From an uncultured Candidatus Saccharibacteria bacterium (lineage in GTDB: Bacteria > Patescibacteriota > UBA1384 > CAILIB01 > JAUSJZ01): 64,000 bases of DNA. This document shows, in pieces, positions 1 to 9,850 of this stretch. The notes under the pieces are model-generated. The model made no database searches. It was not told where the DNA came from and saw only the letters and a list, made by a program, of their open reading frames with translations. The position numbers and the translations under genes were made by a program. Numbering within the stretch: position 1 is the first letter of the stretch; each line of letters starts with the position of its first letter. Location of the stretch: NCBI GenBank assembly GCA_964421635.1, contig CAYQWZ010000001.1, positions 71,267 to 135,266 of the forward strand, read 5' to 3'.

Positions 1-1
1 T

Positions 2-808
2 TTAGTTCTTTTTTATTATCAAAACTGTCTTATTTCCAACGCTAATTTCGCCCTCATCTTCAGGAATAAAATCGTGGATTGCGCTAATTAGCAAATCTGA
101 TTGGTATTCAAAGTTCGCTCCTCTTTTTGTACCTACATCGTTAGTAATAAAAGACTTTTCTTTGTAGCCCGTAATTACCAGCATATGATATCGGGGACCA
201 CCACCTCTGAAATAAGGATTTTTTAATTCCTTTCCAGCAAACGGAGCAATAATAATGTTATCTACAAGAAGCTTTTTTAGCTCTAATTCACTCGAAATCT
301 CAACCATATTTAAACTCTCTGGACTAATACTCATATAGTCAATCATTACTGTGCGTAGCTGGCGAATTGTAGTGCTAACATCTGTACCAATACTCTCTTT
401 TTCAAATTCTGAAATATTCTTTAATTCTTGATCAACCTCATTTGGGTCTAATATGGGTCTTGAATCATTAATTAACCAAGCGTTGGCGACAATAGCAGAT
501 GCCTCTTCACACATCTCATCATAGAAGTCATTCCACACTCCAAGCGGCGCTTGAGTAGCAAAGGGAATCACTCGTCGCACTTCTGTTGGTAATTGAGGTA
601 TCACTTCTTCAACTAATTCTTCTTCATTTTCATGAGCGTCTATTTCGACTTGCTTATAGGCTGAATCCTCAAGATCATTAATGCTCGACGATAGCTCTAA
701 ATAGTCAAGAGATTGAGACAGTATTGTTCTATTTCTATAAATAGAGAAGGCTACGAGAGCTAGGATTGCTAGTATTAGTAGAATATATTTGTATTTCACT
801 GACCTCAA
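2..808 (-). CDS. Membrane-anchored C39-like cysteine peptidase
   Basis: N-terminal TM helix; IPFATQAP..W...CEEAS, YHMLVITGY and ITNDVGT give a Cys/His/Asp set typical of Peptidase_C39-like proteins. Confidence 0.7.
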   Translation of the reverse strand: MRSVKYKYILLILAILALVAFSIYRNRTILSQSLDYLELSSSINDLEDSAYKQVEIDAHENEEELVEEVIPQLPTEVRRVIPFATQAPLGVWNDFYDEMCEEASAIVANAWLINDSRPILDPNEVDQELKNISEFEKESIGTDVSTTIRQLRTVMIDYMSISPESLNMVEISSELELKKLLVDNIIIAPFAGKELKNPYFRGGGPRYHMLVITGYKEKSFITNDVGTKRGANFEYQSDLLISAIHDFIPEDEGEISVGNKTVLIIKKN

Positions 809-839
809 AATAACACAAATGAAATGTTATGCTAGATAT

Positions 840-1259
840 ATGATTCGTGATAACACTTGGCTAGCAAATAAATTACAACAACTATATTCTAAACATTTTA
901 GCGATGTTCCTATTAATAATCGAATATTAGTCAAGTTTGGGAAAAGGGCTAGGAGTCGTTTGGGCAGCATCTCTTTGAGACCCAAAAAAGGTTTTGATCA
1001 ACCTGTCAGCGTGATAAATATAAACAGGGTCTTGCAGCATAATGATGTGCCAGAATATGTGATAGATGCTGTTTTAGCTCACGAATTCATTCATTATGCT
1101 CATGGCTTTAATTCGCCCCTGCAACGCCTTTATCGATATCCTCACCAATCTGGTATTGTTGATAAAGAAATGATTAAGCGAGGATTAAAAAAAGAGCTGG
1201 TACTGGAAAAAGAGTGGACGAAGAGAAATTTTTCAAAAGTATATTTAATAACAAAATAA
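840..1259 (+). CDS. SprT-like zinc metalloprotease
   Basis: HEFIH (HExxH) motif plus a downstream His (YPH); ATG 840 preferred over 789 because TGtTATGCT (-10) ends at 833. Confidence 0.7.
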   Translation: MIRDNTWLANKLQQLYSKHFSDVPINNRILVKFGKRARSRLGSISLRPKKGFDQPVSVININRVLQHNDVPEYVIDAVLAHEFIHYAHGFNSPLQRLYRYPHQSGIVDKEMIKRGLKKELVLEKEWTKRNFSKVYLITK

Positions 1260-1615
1260 TGTCAGATTGTATATTTTGCGCCATTGCTTCAAAAAAATCA
1301 CCAGCCAACATTGAAATAGAAACAGACAATGTGATCGCTTTTCACGATTTACACAAAGATGCTCCTGTACATATCTTAGTAGTCCCCAAAAAACATTTCG
1401 AATCCTTAAATGATATAAAAGATTCTGATGGCCTAATAATTGGAGAGCTATTTTTAGTAGCCAAACAAGTGGCCGAGAAACTGAATATAGCCAAATCTGG
1501 TTATCGCTGCATTATTAATACAAATCAGGATGCCGGACAAGTGGTCAAACATATCCATTTGCATCTTTTGGGTGGAAAACCTTTAGGTCCACTGGTACAA
1601 AAAGACTTGAAATAG
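1259..1615 (+). CDS. hinT: Histidine triad (HIT) nucleotide-binding protein
   Basis: MSDCIFC start in a TAATG overlap; HIHLH triad. Confidence 0.9.
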   Translation: MSDCIFCAIASKKSPANIEIETDNVIAFHDLHKDAPVHILVVPKKHFESLNDIKDSDGLIIGELFLVAKQVAEKLNIAKSGYRCIINTNQDAGQVVKHIHLHLLGGKPLGPLVQKDLK

Positions 1616-1635
1616 AAGATCTCATCTGTTAAGAT
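1607..1635 (+). promoter_or_regulatory. sigma70-like promoter for rpsU
   Basis: TTGAAA-17 nt-TAAGAT with extended TG. Confidence 0.55.
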
Positions 1636-1643
1636 ATATCAGT

Positions 1644-1835
1644 ATGAAAATAGAAAGAAGACCAAGAGAAACAAATCAACAGCTTATTAGACGTTTCAGT
1701 CGTGAAATCCTGATAGATGGACGTCTTTTAGAGTTTAAAGACAAACAGTTCTTCATTAAAGAACCATCTCGTCGCATGAAACGACAGAAAGCAGTACGCT
1801 CAGCTGAAATCGCTAAGAAGTATCAAGAATACTAA
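1644..1835 (+). CDS. rpsU: 30S ribosomal protein S21
   Basis: Basic 63 aa; LIRRF...FFIKEPSRR; sits between hinT and yqeY as in conserved synteny. Confidence 0.8.
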   Translation: MKIERRPRETNQQLIRRFSREILIDGRLLEFKDKQFFIKEPSRRMKRQKAVRSAEIAKKYQEY

Positions 1836-1836
1836 A

Positions 1837-2280
1837 ATGTCGATCTATCAAGATATAGAAACTCAAATAAAGCAGGCTATGAGAGACAAAAACTCCGTCG
1901 AGCTCAGCGTTTTGCGTATGTTAAAAAGCAATATTGATAGCCAAACTAAAGCAGGTGAAGAGCTAACTGATGAGCTGACTTTAAAGATGGTTAGTACTGA
2001 AGTTAAGAAAAGAAAAGAGGCAATTAAAATTTATCAAGATTCAAACAAAAATGATCGTGCTGATCAAGAAAATGCAGAACTAAAAATATTAAGTAAATAT
2101 CAGCCTAAGCAATTGGACGAAGTGGAAATAAAAAAAGTTGTTCAAGCTAAAATTGTTGAGCTTGGTGCTAAAGATATTAGTCAAATAGGTCAAGTTATGG
2201 GTCAGGTAAAAGGGGAATTACAGAATAAAGCCGATATGGGAGTAGTCTCAAAAATTGTTAAGGAAGAGCTTAGTGCTTAA
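1837..2280 (+). CDS. yqeY: GatB/YqeY domain protein
   Basis: AMRDK..LSVLRMLK, EVKKRKEA, IGQVMG, ADMG. Confidence 0.9.
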   Translation: MSIYQDIETQIKQAMRDKNSVELSVLRMLKSNIDSQTKAGEELTDELTLKMVSTEVKKRKEAIKIYQDSNKNDRADQENAELKILSKYQPKQLDEVEIKKVVQAKIVELGAKDISQIGQVMGQVKGELQNKADMGVVSKIVKEELSA

Positions 2281-2675
2281 TGATTTCAATCAATTTACCT
2301 AATAAATACCGTTCAAATCAAGCACAGCTAAAAGATGCCTTTGGTTTATTGTTGGGTAAAAAGAATAAGTATAACTATTTTGTTGGAGTAAAATTTATGT
2401 CAAAGGATAAAATTCAAGCTGTAAACAAACAGTATAGAAAATTAGACAAACCGACAGATGTTTTAAGTTTTCCTCTTTTTGAAAGCATTGAAGAGCTACC
2501 AACAAACGACTGTGCTATAGGAGACTTAATACTTTGTCTAGAAATGATGGAAAATGATCATTTGAGTTTTTTTGAAAGCTTAGTACATGGAGTTATACAC
2601 CTCTTGGGTTTCGATCATGAGCAAAATGAGGCAGAATGGAATCAAGCCCGCAAAAAAGTAGCAATCTCGAAATAA
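2280..2675 (+). CDS. ybeY: rRNA maturation RNase YbeY
   Basis: NKQYR..DKPTDVLSFP and HGVIHLLGFDH. Confidence 0.92.
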   Translation: MISINLPNKYRSNQAQLKDAFGLLLGKKNKYNYFVGVKFMSKDKIQAVNKQYRKLDKPTDVLSFPLFESIEELPTNDCAIGDLILCLEMMENDHLSFFESLVHGVIHLLGFDHEQNEAEWNQARKKVAISK

Positions 2676-3055
2676 TGGATAAACACCGTTTAAGAAAAAG
2701 TTTTGGCAGTGCTTTTGTTGGCTTGTTCAGATTACTACGCGATGAGCAAAATGCTCGTATCCATACCTTTATTACCGGTTTAGTTTTTATTGCGGCTATT
2801 GTTGTTGGTATTAACCGCATTGAAGCAGCTATATTATTTATGGCCGTAATACTTGTTTTTAGCATGGAGATTATCAACACTGCCATAGAAGATCTACTAG
2901 ATCATCTGCATCCTCAACAACATCGCACAGTAGCTCGTATAAAGGATGCTCTAAGTGGCGCTGTATTAATAACGGCTATTATTGCCACCGTTGTAGCTGG
3001 GTTAATTTTTCTTCCACACATACTAGACGCAATGCAGAGCCTAAAGATCATCTAG
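2675..3055 (+). CDS. dgkA: Diacylglycerol/undecaprenol kinase (DgkA family)
   Basis: SFGSAFVG, EQNARIH, EIINTAIE, KD..SGAVL; TAATG overlap with ybeY. Confidence 0.88.
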   Translation: MDKHRLRKSFGSAFVGLFRLLRDEQNARIHTFITGLVFIAAIVVGINRIEAAILFMAVILVFSMEIINTAIEDLLDHLHPQQHRTVARIKDALSGAVLITAIIATVVAGLIFLPHILDAMQSLKII

Positions 3056-3077
3056 AGTTAGGGTCGAGGTAAACCTT

Positions 3078-3106
3078 TTGACGAGCCGATATTGGCACTG
3101 TATACT
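3078..3106 (+). promoter_or_regulatory. sigma70 promoter for ftsA-ftsZ
   Basis: TTGACG-17 nt-TATACT. Confidence 0.7.
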
Positions 3107-3130
3107 AATCTTGATAGAGTAATATTGTAT

Positions 3131-4378
3131 ATGACAAAAAGAGACATCATTACAGGTATAGATATTGGTAGCAATAAAATTGCGGTCGTTGTTGGTAGAG
3201 CCCAAAACGATAATTCCATCGACATTTTAGGAGTTGGTACAGCTAAAAGTAATGGTGTCAGAAAAGGAGCCATTGTTGATTTAGAAGAGACAATTTCATC
3301 TTTGTCTGCCGCCTTAGAAGAGGCTGAGAGAATGAGTGGAGCTTCTATCAACGAAGCTTATGTCTCTATTGATGGCCAACACATTGAAACAGGCATGGCT
3401 AAAGGTGTTATTTCGGTTTCAAAAAGTGATGGTGACATTACAGAAATTGATGTCGAGCGAGTAGTTGAAGCCGCTCGCAGTGTAAGTACTCCTCCTAATA
3501 GAGAGATAATCCATTCTATTCCTCAATCCTTTATTGTTGATGGCCAAACGGGCATTAAAGACCCTGTTGGCATGACCGGTGTTAGACTGGAAGTTGAAGC
3601 TACAATGATAACCGGCTCTACTACATCGCTAAAGAATATCACTAAAAGTCTTAATCAAGCTGGCATTACCGTAATTGAATATGTTTTTTCACCTTTAGCG
3701 ACTTCTTATGCAGTTTCTAATAAGGAACAGAGGAATGTCGGTGTATCTATTATTGATATTGGTTCTGACACAACCAATTATGCAATTTATGAGGATACTC
3801 AGCTTCTTGGCGTAGGTACCATTCCTATTGGTGCTTCTCATATTACGAACGATTTGGCTATTGGATTAAGAACTAGCATAGAAGTCGCCGAAAAAATTAA
3901 GAAAGAATATAGCAACGCTATGCCAAGTCTGGTAAAAGAGAAAAAACTATCTGGCAAAAAGGTTGGCTTTGATGGCGGCGATGTCGACATGACCCTCGTG
4001 GCAGACATTATTGAAGCGCGAGTAAATGAAATTTTTATTCTTATTCGTGACAACTTAAGAAAAATTAATCGCGATAGTCTATTACCAGCCGGTGTTATCC
4101 TAACGGGCGGTGGAGCAGCCCAAAATGGCATTACTAGCTTAGCTAAAGAAACTCTAAAATTACCCGCTGCAATAGGGGAGATCGCAACCGAAATATCTGG
4201 CATGGTTGACAACGTTTCAGAGCCTCAGTATTCTACTAGTGTAGGGTTAATTATGTGGGCTATAGAAGCCAACATGAGTATGCCTCGACCCGCATCTCGG
4301 TTTAATCTCAACAGCCTCGGTAATTGGGATGAGGTAGCTGAAAAAACCAAAAAGATTTTTAAAAACTTATTACCATAA
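3131..4378 (+). CDS. ftsA: Cell division protein FtsA
   Basis: GIDIGSNKI, DPVGMTGVRLE, DIGSDTT, GVILTGGGA; upstream of ftsZ. Confidence 0.95.
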   Translation: MTKRDIITGIDIGSNKIAVVVGRAQNDNSIDILGVGTAKSNGVRKGAIVDLEETISSLSAALEEAERMSGASINEAYVSIDGQHIETGMAKGVISVSKSDGDITEIDVERVVEAARSVSTPPNREIIHSIPQSFIVDGQTGIKDPVGMTGVRLEVEATMITGSTTSLKNITKSLNQAGITVIEYVFSPLATSYAVSNKEQRNVGVSIIDIGSDTTNYAIYEDTQLLGVGTIPIGASHITNDLAIGLRTSIEVAEKIKKEYSNAMPSLVKEKKLSGKKVGFDGGDVDMTLVADIIEARVNEIFILIRDNLRKINRDSLLPAGVILTGGGAAQNGITSLAKETLKLPAAIGEIATEISGMVDNVSEPQYSTSVGLIMWAIEANMSMPRPASRFNLNSLGNWDEVAEKTKKIFKNLLP

Positions 4379-4424
4379 TATAAATTAATTGTGAACGTGA
4401 GAGGGGCTCGTTCCAGTATCGAAT

Positions 4425-5606
4425 ATGACTCACGAAACTGGACAAGATAGTACTTTTGCCTCCATAAAAGTTGTGGGGGTTGGTGGTTCTGGCGGCAATG
4501 CTGTCCAGAGAATGATTACCGCTAAGCTTAGAGGTGTTGAATTTGTTGCAATAAATACAGATTCTCAAGCTCTTGCTAATAATGATGCGCCTATAAAGAT
4601 TCAAATCGGTAAGGAAAACAATAGAGGATTAGGTGCTGGTGGTGACCCTGAATCAGGACGCAAAGCTATTGAAGAGAACAAAGATGAAGTTTATGAAGCC
4701 ATAAAGGGGGCTGATATGGTTTTTGTTACCTGCGGAATGGGAGGTGGAACGGGAACAGGAGCAGCGCCATTTGTAGCAGAGATATCTAAGGAGCTAGGTG
4801 CACTGACAGTTGGTGTAGTTACCAAACCTTTTAGTTTTGAGGGTCATCGACGAACAAAAATTGCTGAACTAGGAATACAGGAATTGAAAGACAGAGTAGA
4901 TACCTTAATTACTATTCCAAACGACAGATTACTTCAGGTTATAGATAAAAAGACTAGCTTGTTCGACGCCTTCGGAGTAGTCGACGATGTCTTGCGACAG
5001 GGTGTCCAAGGAATTTCAGATTTAATTACTCTGCACGGAATAATTAATGTTGACTTCGCTGACGTCAAAGCTATTATGCAAGATGCCGGCAGCGCTTTAA
5101 TGGGAATTGGTCGTGGCAGTGGAGACAATCGAGCAGTTGAAGCAGCGAGAGCCGCCATAGAATCTCCTTTGCTTGATATGTCTATAGATGGTGCTAAGGG
5201 TATTCTTTTTAACATCACCGGTGGTACAGATTTAGGCATGTATGAGATAGATGAAGCCGCCAAAACTATTACCGAAGCTGCAGACGATGACGCTAATATA
5301 ATATTTGGTTCAATTATCGACGAAGCTATGCAAGGAGAAGTTAAAATTACTGTTATTGCTACAGGCTTTGAAACAGAGAATAGAAAGCCAGATTTACGGG
5401 GCATGTCTACAATACAGCAGCAGCAAACCAGACAAATGGAACAGCCCCAACCGGAGCCAAGACCAGCTTTCGGTGAGGTTCCTACTGCTAAGCCAGAACC
5501 TTCTCCTTTCTCATCCTATTCAGCTGAGCCAAGAGCTGAAGATGAAGACACCAACAATGATGATGAACTTGATGTACCAGCGTTTATTCGTCGTAAGTTA
5601 AAATAG
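4425..5606 (+). CDS. ftsZ: Cell division protein FtsZ
   Basis: GGGTGTG signature, NVDFAD, C-terminal LDVPAFIRR. Confidence 0.99.
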   Translation: MTHETGQDSTFASIKVVGVGGSGGNAVQRMITAKLRGVEFVAINTDSQALANNDAPIKIQIGKENNRGLGAGGDPESGRKAIEENKDEVYEAIKGADMVFVTCGMGGGTGTGAAPFVAEISKELGALTVGVVTKPFSFEGHRRTKIAELGIQELKDRVDTLITIPNDRLLQVIDKKTSLFDAFGVVDDVLRQGVQGISDLITLHGIINVDFADVKAIMQDAGSALMGIGRGSGDNRAVEAARAAIESPLLDMSIDGAKGILFNITGGTDLGMYEIDEAAKTITEAADDDANIIFGSIIDEAMQGEVKITVIATGFETENRKPDLRGMSTIQQQQTRQMEQPQPEPRPAFGEVPTAKPEPSPFSSYSAEPRAEDEDTNNDDELDVPAFIRRKLK

Positions 5607-5620
5607 TATCATTATCTGTT

Positions 5621-5639
5621 TGTGGAGTACTTATCCACA
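5621..5639. promoter_or_regulatory. DnaA box pair upstream of nrdR-nrdJ
   Basis: Perfect TTATCCACA at 5631-5639 and inverted TGTGGAGTA (2 mismatches) at 5621-5629. Confidence 0.6.
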
Positions 5640-5665
5640 TTAAATGGACGGTCGTGGTAATTTAA

Positions 5666-5681
5666 GCACTACATGTAGTGT
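5666..5681. promoter_or_regulatory. NrdR box
   Basis: GCACTACATGTAGTGT palindrome matches the acaCwAtATaTwGtgt consensus, just upstream of nrdR. Confidence 0.8.
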
Positions 5682-5708
5682 AGTAAGCTGTTTTTACGTA
5701 CACAATTT

Positions 5709-6155
5709 ATGAAATGTCCAAAATGTAACAAAGATAGCCTGTCGGTGCTCGAATCACGCGATATCGATGACGATATCAGAAGGCGCCGCGAATGTAACGA
5801 ATGTCACTTTCGTTTTACTACTTACGAACGCATAGAATTTCCTCAAATCACTGTATTAAAACGTAATGGGACACGCGAACATTTTGACGAGAGTAAGGTT
5901 CGAAAAGGCATCGCTGTTAGTTGCAAAAATAGACCCATTCAACCAGAGCAGATTGACGACGCCGTAGGGAACATCGCTCGCGCCATTAAACAAGGTGACG
6001 ATCAAACTGTGTCATCTAACCAAATAGGTGAACTAGTGTTAAATGAACTGCTCACTTTAGACAAAATTGCTTATCTACGGTTTGCATCCGTTCATAGAGC
6101 ATTCAACAATATTGATTCTTTTAAAAAAGAAATTCAAAAAATTAATAGTCAATAA
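5709..6155 (+). CDS. nrdR: Transcriptional repressor NrdR
   Basis: CPKC...RRRREC..C..RFTTYE zinc ribbon plus ATP cone; AYLRFASV. Confidence 0.97.
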   Translation: MKCPKCNKDSLSVLESRDIDDDIRRRRECNECHFRFTTYERIEFPQITVLKRNGTREHFDESKVRKGIAVSCKNRPIQPEQIDDAVGNIARAIKQGDDQTVSSNQIGELVLNELLTLDKIAYLRFASVHRAFNNIDSFKKEIQKINSQ

Positions 6156-6163
6156 GGAGGATT

Positions 6164-8845
6164 ATGGCCCCAACACCTGATAACCAAGATCAATCGTTTA
6201 CAGATAATCAATCAGTTGCTCAAAATATTGAGGTTGATGATAGAAATCAATTGCACTCTCTTGGATATAAAATCTTCCTAGATAGATACGCTGAGAAAGA
6301 TCCTAATAAAAACAATATCAAGGAAGGCGATCAGGTATTGGTTAACACAAATTTACAAACAGGGCAGAAAGAGATTGGTATAGTTAAGAATGTAGATAGA
6401 GAAAAAAAAGAAGCACTAGTACAGCTCAATGAAGGGGGCAATGTTAAGCGTTCTTTTGAACATGTAGATATTCCGCTAGAGACCCAACCCTCTCAAATGC
6501 TAGATCGCGTAGCTCAAGGAGTGGCCGCGGTTGAAATTACGGAGGCTAAGCAGAAGGAGTGGCAAGAGAAATTTCGTTGGGCATTAGATGAATGGAAGTT
6601 TGTTCCAGCCGGTCGCATTTTAGCCGCCGCTGGCACAAATCAGAATCTTACTTACTATAACTGCTATGTTATTCCGTCTCCTCATGACTCTCGCGGCGGA
6701 ATTTTTCAGACCTTGGCTAACATGGCCGAGATATTCTCGCGCGGTGGTGGAGTAGGAATGAATGTCAGTACCTTACGCCCTCGCTACGCTTATGTAAAAG
6801 GAGTAAATGGCCGTAGCTCGGGATCCGTCTCTTGGGCATCCTTATATAGTTTCGTTACTGGCTTAATTGAACAAGGAGGCTCCCGCCGCGGCGCCTTGAT
6901 GCTTATTTTAAACGATTGGCACCCAGACATTGAAGAATTTATTACTGCCAAAACTGTAAAAGGCCAAATTGAAAACGCTAACATTTCGGTCGGCATTTCA
7001 GATGAATTTATGGAAGCTGTAGAGAAGGATGCGGATTGGAACTTAGAATTCCCAGACTCTAAACACGAATGTTATGACACAGAATGGGATGGTATTTTAG
7101 AAAACTGGAAAAAGAAGGGCTATAAAACAGAAATCATAAAAACTATTAAAGCTAAAGCTCTTTGGGAAAAAATTATTGAATCTGCTTGGGCTTCAGCCGA
7201 ACCGGGCATTTGGTTCCGCGGCCGTTCTAACCATTACTCCAACTCTTGGTATTATCAACCGCTCATCTGTACTAATCCTTGTGGAGAACAGCCCCTACCA
7301 GCTTGGTCTGTCTGTAATTTAGGAGCCATCAACCTAGCTCGCTTCGTAGATGAAGAGAAGAAGGATGTAAAGTGGGAAGAGCTAAAAACTGTAACCCATT
7401 ATTCAGTCCGTTTCTTAGATAACATTATTGACACCACTCCCTATTTCTTTAATGAGAATGAAGATCAACAGAAAGGAGAGCGTCGCATAGGTCTTAATAC
7501 TATGGGCCTGGCCGAAATGATGATTAAGTTGGAAATCAAATATGGTTCTAAAGAATCATTAGATTTTATCGATAAGCTTTATGAATTCATAGTTAAAGAG
7601 TCTTATGACGAATCGACTCGGCTGGCACAAGAGAAAGGATCTTTCAAATTCCTTGATAAAGAAAAAATTGTACAAAGTGGTTATTTAAAGAATATGCCCG
7701 AAGAAATCACCACTAAAATTAAATCTCGCGGATTAAGAAATGTTACTATTTTAACTCAAGCTCCTAATGGCACAATTGGTACTATGGTTGGCACCTCAAC
7801 TGGAATTGAGCCATTTTATAACTGGACCTATTACCGTAAAAGCCGACTGGGTCTTCATGAAGAAGATGCATCTGTGGTAAGAGATTTTAAAAAGAATAAT
7901 CCAGAAAATACTCAACTGCCAGACTACTTCATTAACGCGATGGAATTAGCCCCTGAGGATCATATTAAAGTACAGGCCCAGATTCAGCACTGGGTTGACT
8001 CAGCTATCTCAAAAACCTGTAATGTTCCCGAAAATTATTCCGTCGACCAAGTAAAAGAGCTGTATGTATTAATGTACAAACTCAACTGTAAAGGTGGCAC
8101 AATTTATCGTGACAAATCTCGCAATGAACAAATTCTGATGAATAAAGATGATGATAGAGCCAAAAAAGAAATGAAAGATAACAGCGACGCTATAGACAAT
8201 AAAGATGAAGATGATAAAGATGAAAAACCTGAAGCGGAACCTGAAATTGTAGCCGAAGCTGCTAATAATATGATTATTACAGACCCTAACGAGATTGTTC
8301 GCGAGAGAGGCTCTCGCACTACTGGAGTAACGGTCAGCAAAGACACTCCAATGGGTCGCGCCTACATCACACTCAATAACGATGAAACAGGTGAACCATT
8401 AGAAGTCTTCACTAGAGTTGGCAAAGCTGGTTCAGATGTTAACGCCATGACAGACGCCATGGGTCGCCTAATCTCTTTGGTTTTGCGTCTTAAGTCTCCG
8501 GTAGCTCCACAGCTAAGAGTAAATGAAATGGTCAGACAGTTAAGAGGCATTGGCGGCGCCGACTCTCGCGGATTTGGCAAGAATAGAATTTTATCTGTGC
8601 CAGACGCGGTAGCTATCGCTATGAGTGAAGAGTACGCCCAAACAGTAACAATTGAGTCCGAAACACTAACTGCTTCTACTTTGCCTACTGCATCCGCTCA
8701 TCATCCTTCTGACACAAAATCACTTTTTGAAACCAAGTCGGGTAAAGCTACCGTAGCTGATTTATGCCCAGAATGCGGGAACACAACCTTTATTAGACAA
8801 GAAGGATGTCAGTCATGCACAACCTGTGGACACTCAAAATGCTAA
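6164..8845 (+). CDS. nrdJ: Class II (adenosylcobalamin-dependent) ribonucleotide reductase with C-terminal TSCPD-like domain and zinc ribbon
   Basis: PAGRIL, YNCYV, RGGGVG, QGGSRRGA, TNPCGE, CNLG, SAISKT; C-terminal CPEC..CTTCGHSKC; no nrdB; SD AAGGAGG. Confidence 0.92.
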   Translation: MAPTPDNQDQSFTDNQSVAQNIEVDDRNQLHSLGYKIFLDRYAEKDPNKNNIKEGDQVLVNTNLQTGQKEIGIVKNVDREKKEALVQLNEGGNVKRSFEHVDIPLETQPSQMLDRVAQGVAAVEITEAKQKEWQEKFRWALDEWKFVPAGRILAAAGTNQNLTYYNCYVIPSPHDSRGGIFQTLANMAEIFSRGGGVGMNVSTLRPRYAYVKGVNGRSSGSVSWASLYSFVTGLIEQGGSRRGALMLILNDWHPDIEEFITAKTVKGQIENANISVGISDEFMEAVEKDADWNLEFPDSKHECYDTEWDGILENWKKKGYKTEIIKTIKAKALWEKIIESAWASAEPGIWFRGRSNHYSNSWYYQPLICTNPCGEQPLPAWSVCNLGAINLARFVDEEKKDVKWEELKTVTHYSVRFLDNIIDTTPYFFNENEDQQKGERRIGLNTMGLAEMMIKLEIKYGSKESLDFIDKLYEFIVKESYDESTRLAQEKGSFKFLDKEKIVQSGYLKNMPEEITTKIKSRGLRNVTILTQAPNGTIGTMVGTSTGIEPFYNWTYYRKSRLGLHEEDASVVRDFKKNNPENTQLPDYFINAMELAPEDHIKVQAQIQHWVDSAISKTCNVPENYSVDQVKELYVLMYKLNCKGGTIYRDKSRNEQILMNKDDDRAKKEMKDNSDAIDNKDEDDKDEKPEAEPEIVAEAANNMIITDPNEIVRERGSRTTGVTVSKDTPMGRAYITLNNDETGEPLEVFTRVGKAGSDVNAMTDAMGRLISLVLRLKSPVAPQLRVNEMVRQLRGIGGADSRGFGKNRILSVPDAVAIAMSEEYAQTVTIESETLTASTLPTASAHHPSDTKSLFETKSGKATVADLCPECGNTTFIRQEGCQSCTTCGHSKC

Positions 8846-8848
8846 TTA

Positions 8849-8877
8849 TTGCTCTGTTAGCCGCTATCAGATAATAT
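8849..8877 (+). promoter_or_regulatory. Possible internal promoter for the DUF4430 gene
   Basis: TTGCTC-17 nt-TAATAT. Confidence 0.4.
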
Positions 8878-8900
8878 AAATAAAAGTAAAAAAAGCTTGA

Positions 8901-9296
8901 ATGAACAACAATAACAATACTATTAGATATATCTTGGTAGCATTAATCGTTATCCTTCTTAGTTGGGCAGTAATTGCTAAAAAGAATAATCCTGTTTCTG
9001 AGCCTGAAGTTAGAGACGACGCAGCTAAAATTGAGAATTTAGAGCCTGAGGTTGAGGTTATCTCTTACGCCGGAGTTGATGGCAAGAATGCTTTAGAATT
9101 ACTAAAAGAGAATTATCAAACAGATACTACAGTTAGCGATGGTGTTGGCGAATTTGTGACCGCTATAGAGAATCAAGCAGCTGGGGAAAACCAGTTCTGG
9201 GCTTTGTATCTAAATGGCAAAATGGCTACTGTTGGCGCTAGTGAATTAGAAACTAAAAATGGGGATATAGTTGAGTGGAACCTAGAGAGCTTCTAA
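8901..9296 (+). CDS. Membrane-anchored DUF4430 (transcobalamin C-terminal-like) protein, putative cobalamin binder
   Basis: N-terminal TM; G.NALELL, FVTAI, FWALYLNGK...VGA....NGD.VEW. Confidence 0.75.
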   Translation: MNNNNNTIRYILVALIVILLSWAVIAKKNNPVSEPEVRDDAAKIENLEPEVEVISYAGVDGKNALELLKENYQTDTTVSDGVGEFVTAIENQAAGENQFWALYLNGKMATVGASELETKNGDIVEWNLESF

Positions 9297-9850
9297 ATAA
9301 TAACCGCCAAAATATTAGATGGGCAAGCGTTGCTCTAATAGCTTTCGTTACAATTTTACTTCGTATTATTCCGCACACTCCCAATATCGCTGCCGTTGGA
9401 GCGATTGCTATGGTGTCAGGCTTTTATCTACCAGGGCGTTGGCACTACATTGTTCCTCTTTTAGTAATTGGCATCTCAGATGCTTTCATTGGCTTCTACG
9501 ATATTAAAGTACTGGCCGCTGTCTATATCAGCTACCTTGTTATGGTCTGGCTAGGCTCGAAAGCTAATCGCGGTTTTAGTCTTGTTGGCAACACTGTACT
9601 AGGCTCCGTATCCTTTTTTCTAATTACTAACGCCGCCGTCTGGGCTTTTGGCACTATGTATGCACCCAATCTAGAAGGATTAATTGCATCTTACATTAAC
9701 GCTATTCTGTTTTTTAGAAACAGCCTTTTCTCAGATTTGACTTTTACGACATCATTTTTTATTATTGTTGAATTAAATGCCATCTTTCTGCCTCCCTTCT
9801 CCGCTATACTAAAGCTGTGGGGCAAGACTATTTACCAAAAACACCAATAA
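9275..9850 (+). CDS. ECF S-component-like membrane protein (DUF6580/BtuM-like), putative cobalamin transporter
   Basis: About 6 TM segments in 191 aa; RIIPHTPN, ISD, FFLITN.AVW, MY...LEGL..SY....FFRNSL.SD. Confidence 0.65.
   Translation: MEPRELLNNNRQNIRWASVALIAFVTILLRIIPHTPNIAAVGAIAMVSGFYLPGRWHYIVPLLVIGISDAFIGFYDIKVLAAVYISYLVMVWLGSKANRGFSLVGNTVLGSVSFFLITNAAVWAFGTMYAPNLEGLIASYINAILFFRNSLFSDLTFTTSFFIIVELNAIFLPPFSAILKLWGKTIYQKHQ

Noticed and set aside
5621-5639. oriC
   Set aside because: Only one perfect and one weak DnaA box in a 100-nt gap, with no dnaA nearby
6164-8845. Intein or intron in nrdJ
   Set aside because: The extra length is explained by an N-terminal insert, an acidic linker and the TSCPD-like domain; no splice motifs or LAGLIDADG seen
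8846-8900. Cobalamin riboswitch before the DUF4430 gene
   Set aside because: The gap is only 55 nt, AT-rich, with no B12 box
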